Source: Arenicellales bacterium
GTDB lineage: Bacteria > Pseudomonadota > Gammaproteobacteria > Arenicellales > Poriferihabitantaceae
Direction: 5' to 3'
NCBI GenBank assembly: GCA_963422685.1
Contig: OY730442.1
Location: forward strand, 2,695,847-2,759,846
Length of the DNA stretch: 64,000 nt
The translations under genes were made by a program, and so were the position numbers. Below, in pieces: positions 58,990-64,000 of this stretch (position 1 is the first letter of the stretch; every line of letters starts with the position of its first letter). The notes beneath the pieces were generated by a model, which saw nothing but the letters and a program-made list of their open reading frames with translations, did no database searches and was not told the origin of the DNA.

Positions 58990-61900
58990 GATGCACTCAG
59001 CCCCACACGGGTGATTTGTACAATCATCTCCACAACCTTCTTGGCCTGAGTGATGCCGCCGCCGATGGCTTTGCATTCCCTGAACATCATCGGCAGCAGT
59101 TTCTTGCGGATATCGGCTTCAATGTTTTGCGGATTGATGGAGTTTTCCGCCACGGCGGTTGCCACTGCGGCATCGACGGCAAAGGCGGCGGCTACCCATT
59201 TATCCTGTATCTGTGGGTCATTGATGGCAAACACTTGCGGCAGATTTTTCTTAAACACGCCAAAGTAAGCCTGGGCCTGGCGGTTGTCTGCAAAGGTATC
59301 GGGAATATCGTTCAGGCGGCGCGCCTGCACCTGGTCTTCAAACTCGCGGAACAGCAGGTATTGTTTCAGCGGGTGGTGAAATAATTTCTCTGCTTCTGCA
59401 ATGGCCTGACGCAGCAGTTTGGAGAAGGCTTCCCGGGCGTAAGGGTCAGCGCGCAGGTCTTGCTCAATTGTTCGGGTGATGCGGGTTTTGATGATGTCGG
59501 TTTCGTTGCGGGTTTTCTCCTCGCTCCAGTCTTCCGGTGCTGGCTGCTGACCCATCCCGATCAGGTCGTACACGCCATCGGGTTCTTTCACCTCAACCCC
59601 CACCACGTGCCTGTCCAGCAGTTTCTTCACCTGCTCGGCGTATTCGTCGTAGTTGATGCGCTCACCAGCATCCTGCTGTACCAACTGGCGCAGACCGGAG
59701 AACTGTTTAATCGTTTCTTTATAGTGGTTGCGGTCGCCGTCAGTAAAGCTCTTGTCTGCAAAGAAGGCTGCCGATTGCAGGGCCACTTTCAGGCAACTGG
59801 CGAATGTGGTCAGTGCTTCGTAGAAGTCTTCGCGCACCTTGAGGTGTACGTCCACCAGTTCACCGTTTTCCTCTTTAATACGGGGTACCAGCACCCGACG
59901 CAGTTGCTCGATGTCGTTCCTGTTCTTCACACCATCGAAAATCGCCCACAGATTCTTACAGAGCTGCGGCAGGCGTTTGTACTCGGTGCGCATCTGCTTG
60001 TAGAGGCCGGTAATATCATTGATGTCGTAACCGCCCTGGGTGCGGGAGGCGAGATCCTGATATTGCCGGATGGTGGTATCCAGCTCGGCCAGAATGCCGC
60101 GATAGTCGATCAGCAAGCCGAACTTCTTCTTGGGATGCAGGCGGTTGACCCGCGCAATCGCCTGGATCAGGCTGTGCTCCTTTAGCGGTTTGTCGATATA
60201 GAGTACGGTGTTCTTTGGTTCATCAAAGCCGGTCAGCAGCTTGTCCACCACAATCAGCAGTTTCAGGGCATCGTCTTGGTCGAAGCGCTCGATCAGGCGC
60301 CTGGTATAAGTCGGTTCGTCTTGTGAGCCGACGTTCTCCTGCCACCACCGAGTAACTGCCGGCACAGCCGCTTCATCCACGGCGGTATTACCTTCGCGAG
60401 TATCCGGCGGGCTCATCACCACAGCCGACTCAAACAACCCGGCCTCGTCCAGATACTGTTTGTACTTGACGGCAGAAGCCTTGCTGTCGCAGGCCAACTG
60501 GCCTTTTAAGCCGGCGTCGACGTTGTGCGCGAAGTGGTTGACAATATCCAGCGCAATCAGGCGAATGCGGTCGTCAGCACGGTATACCTGGCCTGTTCCG
60601 GCGAACTTGTGTTTCAGGTCGGCTTTTTGCTCGTCGCTCAGGCCTTCGGTAATACGCTCGAACCAGCGATCAATGGCCCGCTCATTCACGTCCAGGTCGG
60701 GAATGCGTTCCTCATACAGCAGCGGCGTTACTGCCCGGTCTTCCGCCGCACGCTGCATGGTGTAAGCGTGCACAATAGGACCGAACTTGTTAGTGGTTTT
60801 GTCATTCTTCAGCAACGGGGTGCCGGTAAAGGCCACAAACGCCGCATTGGGCAGCGCCTGCTTCATGCGGACGTGGTTTTCACCGCCCTGGCTGCGGTGG
60901 CCTTCATCAATCAGCACAATGATGTCAGAACCGGTATTCACGCACTCCGGCAATTTGGTAGCAGTATTGAATTTTTGAATCAGCGAAAAGATGATGCGCT
61001 CAGTGCCCTGGCCTATCTGTTCGGCCAGGCGTTTGCCGGACGTGGCCATCGCTGCCTGTTTGTCTTTTTTGTTGGACAACTCACCGCCGGAGGTAAAGGT
61101 CTTGCTGATCTGGTTTTCCAGGTCTACCCGGTCGGTAACCACCACAATACGGCACTGCCTGAGGGATTCGTGCAGAATCAGCGCCTTGCTCAGAAACACC
61201 ATGGTAAACGACTTGCCCGAACCCGTGGTGTGCCAGATCACACCACCTTCGCGACCCCCGTCCGGGCGTTTGGCATGGATGCGCTCAATCAGGCGTTTTA
61301 TGCCGAACACCTGCGGATAACGGGCCACAATCCTGCCGGCCTTCTTGTCGAACAGAGTGAAGTAGCGGGTCATCTCCAGCAGGCGGGCGGGTGACAGCAG
61401 ACTGATTAATATCTGATCCTGTCCGGTTACGGCCAGTTCACCTTCAGCGATTAGATTCTGGTACCAGTCCAGGTCCGCTGCTGGGCGGTGGCTGAACAGG
61501 TTATTGCTCTGATTTTCTGAAAGCTTTTGATTCTTTATAGCGTACATCTCGGCATCTAAAATGTCTTCTTCCCGCCAGGTTGCCCAGAACCTGGCCGGGG
61601 TGCCACAAGTGCCATAGCGACCTTCGTTGCCATTGATGGACAGCAGCAACTGGCTGTAGGCAAACAGCAGCGGGATTTCATCAGGGCGCTGATTACGCAG
61701 GCTTTGTGAAATACCTTCGTCAATCGTCGGGCCTTTTTTCGCATTGCCATCGGGCCGCTTGGCCTCAATCACCGCCAGCGGAATGCCATTGACAAAGCAA
61801 ACGATATCCGGCCTGCGCGTGCCCTGATATGAAGAGCCGGCACCACCAGAACGAGTAACGCGGAACTCTTCGGTAAACACAAAGCGGTTATTGCCCGGGC

Positions 61901-62282
61901 TCTGCCAGTCAATTACGGCAACGGTAGGGCTGGCTTTTTTGCCATCCACAAACTCCGTGACGGAAATGCCGTAGAGCAAATGGTTGTAGAGCTTCTCATT
62001 GGCCATCAGCAAACCTTCGTTCAGGGCCGGGCTGCATACCTCGGCGATCAGATTATCAATAGCTCTTGCGGATAGCGGGTACGCCCGTCCGCCAAAGGTG
62101 AAGGTGCGTTTTTCAAGCTCGGTACGCAGAATCTGACGCAGAACCACTTCGTCCTGCCTGCCGCCACGGGCGGCCAGAGCCTGTTCAGGAGAAAGGAATG
62201 ACCAGCCCAGATTGGTTAATAACGCCAGCGCCGGGAGCTTGGCGCTGTATTCTTCCTGGAATTTGGGTGTGTGTTGAGCCAT
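58986..62282 (-). CDS. hsdR: Type I restriction enzyme, R (endonuclease/helicase) subunit
   Basis: 1098 aa: the N-terminal HsdR_N nuclease region (...RPDIVCFVNGIPLAVIEAKR...), an SF2 helicase with TGSGKS and a DEGHRS (DEAH-like) box, and ...QAIARVNR... Confidence 0.92.
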   Translation of the reverse strand: MAQHTPKFQEEYSAKLPALALLTNLGWSFLSPEQALAARGGRQDEVVLRQILRTELEKRTFTFGGRAYPLSARAIDNLIAEVCSPALNEGLLMANEKLYNHLLYGISVTEFVDGKKASPTVAVIDWQSPGNNRFVFTEEFRVTRSGGAGSSYQGTRRPDIVCFVNGIPLAVIEAKRPDGNAKKGPTIDEGISQSLRNQRPDEIPLLFAYSQLLLSINGNEGRYGTCGTPARFWATWREEDILDAEMYAIKNQKLSENQSNNLFSHRPAADLDWYQNLIAEGELAVTGQDQILISLLSPARLLEMTRYFTLFDKKAGRIVARYPQVFGIKRLIERIHAKRPDGGREGGVIWHTTGSGKSFTMVFLSKALILHESLRQCRIVVVTDRVDLENQISKTFTSGGELSNKKDKQAAMATSGKRLAEQIGQGTERIIFSLIQKFNTATKLPECVNTGSDIIVLIDEGHRSQGGENHVRMKQALPNAAFVAFTGTPLLKNDKTTNKFGPIVHAYTMQRAAEDRAVTPLLYEERIPDLDVNERAIDRWFERITEGLSDEQKADLKHKFAGTGQVYRADDRIRLIALDIVNHFAHNVDAGLKGQLACDSKASAVKYKQYLDEAGLFESAVVMSPPDTREGNTAVDEAAVPAVTRWWQENVGSQDEPTYTRRLIERFDQDDALKLLIVVDKLLTGFDEPKNTVLYIDKPLKEHSLIQAIARVNRLHPKKKFGLLIDYRGILAELDTTIRQYQDLASRTQGGYDINDITGLYKQMRTEYKRLPQLCKNLWAIFDGVKNRNDIEQLRRVLVPRIKEENGELVDVHLKVREDFYEALTTFASCLKVALQSAAFFADKSFTDGDRNHYKETIKQFSGLRQLVQQDAGERINYDEYAEQVKKLLDRHVVGVEVKEPDGVYDLIGMGQQPAPEDWSEEKTRNETDIIKTRITRTIEQDLRADPYAREAFSKLLRQAIAEAEKLFHHPLKQYLLFREFEDQVQARRLNDIPDTFADNRQAQAYFGVFKKNLPQVFAINDPQIQDKWVAAAFAVDAAVATAVAENSINPQNIEADIRKKLLPMMFRECKAIGGGITQAKKVVEMIVQITRVGLSAS

Positions 62283-62325
62283 GGTAATTTTTCTTTAACC
62301 TTTGTTACCTGAGGTGCAGCATGAG

Positions 62326-63996
62326 TTATCGTTTAAGAACCGAGTTATTGTCAAAACCGGGCGGCAAGTGTTTGAAAATGTCTTTTTCTCCTGGCTTGGT
62401 CCTGAACTGGAATTCTCTCAAGGCAGCAATATCTACTTTCGTTGTCAGAACACTGGGGTTTTCACCACCTTTGACATAAAGCATGGTTTTGCTATCCGTT
62501 TTGGTGGGTCTCAAAACGCAAGAACCACCATACTGAGAGGTGTTTACCTGTACGGTATAGCAATGCAGATCCCTCACTATTGATTCAAGTATATGCTGGT
62601 AGTAATTGGTATCCTTATTCCAAACACAAGCAAAGAGCAGGTCGATTTCAGATCTGAAAAGCACTCTGTGGGTAATGTCGGACAATTCAAAACAGTTGTA
62701 GGTGGAAAAACTCACGCCCCGCCAGCTAACCTTATGATAGTAGGCTTTGGGCTTAATCGACTCGTGACCCGCTTCAAGCCTTAGCGAGTTAATCAGGTCT
62801 AGCTCGTCCGGTGCATAGTGGTTTTTAATACGAGCAAGAGCTGTACAAGACTTGTATTTGTTGGACACCTTAAACGGGAGCGCCTCAATCATCAGATTGT
62901 ATGCCACTTTGTTATCTACAACCCAATGCTCAAGCCCGAATACGATTGCGATTTGGTGCCTTCTTGCGAAAGCCAGCATAAATGGCAGCCAGCTAACAGG
63001 TATCGCGACTTCCGGCATAACCAAAATATCCACCTTTTCTTTGATGGTAGAGTTTAGGAGTTGATAAAGATTCTTTTGTCTCGTAAAGCTGACATTTGGT
63101 TTTTGGTCCGTGCGCAATGCTGCTTTGATATCATTTTCGCTTACAACCAGGTTGGCAATTGCCAGCTTAATCTTGTTTGTGTTTTCTTTTTTTCCTATAG
63201 AGTATTTTGCTTTAATTATCTCTTTTTTGGGGCCAGAAATCTTATTAAATTTGACGGGAAAGTCTTCGTAAAAATTTCGTTTTTTGTAATTTATAAGAGA
63301 ACATTTAAACCATCTATTAAGACTCTTATTCGATGTCAGATTGTGAGAAATATCGAACAACTGCCATTCGTCGTAGTGGATAAAACGTGGAGACAAATTA
63401 ACTTTATTATCATCCAGGCTAATATCTGACTCTGATATAAACGTAGCCTCGTCAGTCAAATCTCCCGTATAGTTAGAGTAGTTCGCCAGTGGCCAGGCAA
63501 CCAGGTGATGTCGGATTAGATTTGAAGCTCTAAAGTTCCAGGCAAAATTGTGAATGTCCGAGTTCCATTTCGTGATAAAACCCAATTTCGATTTTTTAGA
63601 ATGAAACGCCTTTCGAAAATTATCTCCATTGGAATCTGAATTATCCTGAGTAGGATCAGTAATATCAAGAAGACCAACTGATATAGCCAGAGACAAACGG
63701 TTGTAATGACTCAAATTACGTCGAAGCTCTCCTGTAAGAACGTCGAGCACGATGTTGCCTTCCAGCGTCATGCCACAGATTTTTTCTATCTCACCATCAA
63801 GGTATCGGAAAAAATCGTCAATAAAAGATCCCTCACTGGTGATCAAGGCGTACTGATAGACCTTTTCCCAAAGTCGACTATACTGGAGCGCATTTTGCCC
63901 TTTGAAAAAGCAAGCTAGTTGGGGAAGAACGGTATTTTTTTTGTTTAGCTTACATAGCCTGTGGGCGGTTATGTGGTTTGAAAGATACTTGACCAA
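62326..63996 (-). CDS. Hypothetical protein with a C-terminal carbon-nitrogen hydrolase (nitrilase-superfamily)-like domain. The 5' end may extend past the window.
   Basis: The C-terminal ~250 aa follow the CN-hydrolase order: KLAIANLVV, ILVMPEVAIP (Glu), ARIKNHYAP (Lys), TYNCFELSD (Cys), and YTVQVNTSQYGGSCVLRP. The N-terminal ~300 aa are unassignable. The gene is markedly AT-rich. Confidence 0.55.
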   Translation of the reverse strand: MVKYLSNHITAHRLCKLNKKNTVLPQLACFFKGQNALQYSRLWEKVYQYALITSEGSFIDDFFRYLDGEIEKICGMTLEGNIVLDVLTGELRRNLSHYNRLSLAISVGLLDITDPTQDNSDSNGDNFRKAFHSKKSKLGFITKWNSDIHNFAWNFRASNLIRHHLVAWPLANYSNYTGDLTDEATFISESDISLDDNKVNLSPRFIHYDEWQLFDISHNLTSNKSLNRWFKCSLINYKKRNFYEDFPVKFNKISGPKKEIIKAKYSIGKKENTNKIKLAIANLVVSENDIKAALRTDQKPNVSFTRQKNLYQLLNSTIKEKVDILVMPEVAIPVSWLPFMLAFARRHQIAIVFGLEHWVVDNKVAYNLMIEALPFKVSNKYKSCTALARIKNHYAPDELDLINSLRLEAGHESIKPKAYYHKVSWRGVSFSTYNCFELSDITHRVLFRSEIDLLFACVWNKDTNYYQHILESIVRDLHCYTVQVNTSQYGGSCVLRPTKTDSKTMLYVKGGENPSVLTTKVDIAALREFQFRTKPGEKDIFKHLPPGFDNNSVLKR

Positions 63997-64000
63997 CTCC

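Noticed and set aside
60525-61394. 289-aa plus-strand ORF (and the 241-aa ORF at 59460..60185)
   Set aside because: Both are antisense shadow ORFs inside hsdR. They have no recognisable motifs and no ribosome-binding context.

Overview
The window looks like a proteobacterial chromosome segment, probably a marine gammaproteobacterium, judging by the uvrA-MFS-ssb-pdxH arrangement and a proteorhodopsin-type gene. All calls rest on reading the supplied translations and DNA and on remembered family motifs. No database or HMM search was run.

Layout:
- 1-2 kb: fatty-acid and ketone-body genes.
- 2.1-6.35 kb: a graveyard of fragments from five IS families, with decayed cargo genes.
- 6.4-21.6 kb: housekeeping and catabolic genes. 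These are phnX, a purine deaminase, a polar amino-acid ABC system, acetoacetyl-CoA synthetase plus thiolase, sppA, argE, and a Rieske/RidA/DUF1028 set.
- 22.1-44.35 kb: two long convergent gene blocks, described below.
- 44.4-51.2 kb: an ordinary CUT2 sugar-type ABC system with a two-component pair.
- 51.2-57.6 kb: uvrA, an MFS transporter, ssb, pdxH and tRNA-Ser(GGA).
- 58.2-64 kb: a type I restriction island (M48 peptidase, hsdR, and an AT-rich nitrilase-fold gene).

Main candidate for a new system (22.1-44.35 kb):
- The plus-strand block is a 7-gene CUT2-type ABC importer operon with a hydantoinase A/B pair embedded in it.
- Three consecutive, unrelated proteins in it carry the same C-terminal tail (...IRIVDFD...MKIxYF). 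They are the ABC ATPase, a 209-aa low-complexity protein with four evenly spaced short motifs, and hydantoinase B.
- Both permeases of this operon carry large extra transmembrane regions.
- The minus-strand block encodes a rhodopsin that lacks the usual carboxylate proton donor, a flotillin, three hydrolase or lipid-binding genes, an SSS symporter, and an N,N-dimethylformamidase-like enzyme with two small-subunit paralogues.
- Both blocks start with a nearly identical promoter/operator box (18 of 20 nt identical, same spacing to a TATATA -10), which suggests co-regulation.

No CRISPR array, rRNA gene or intact transposase was seen.
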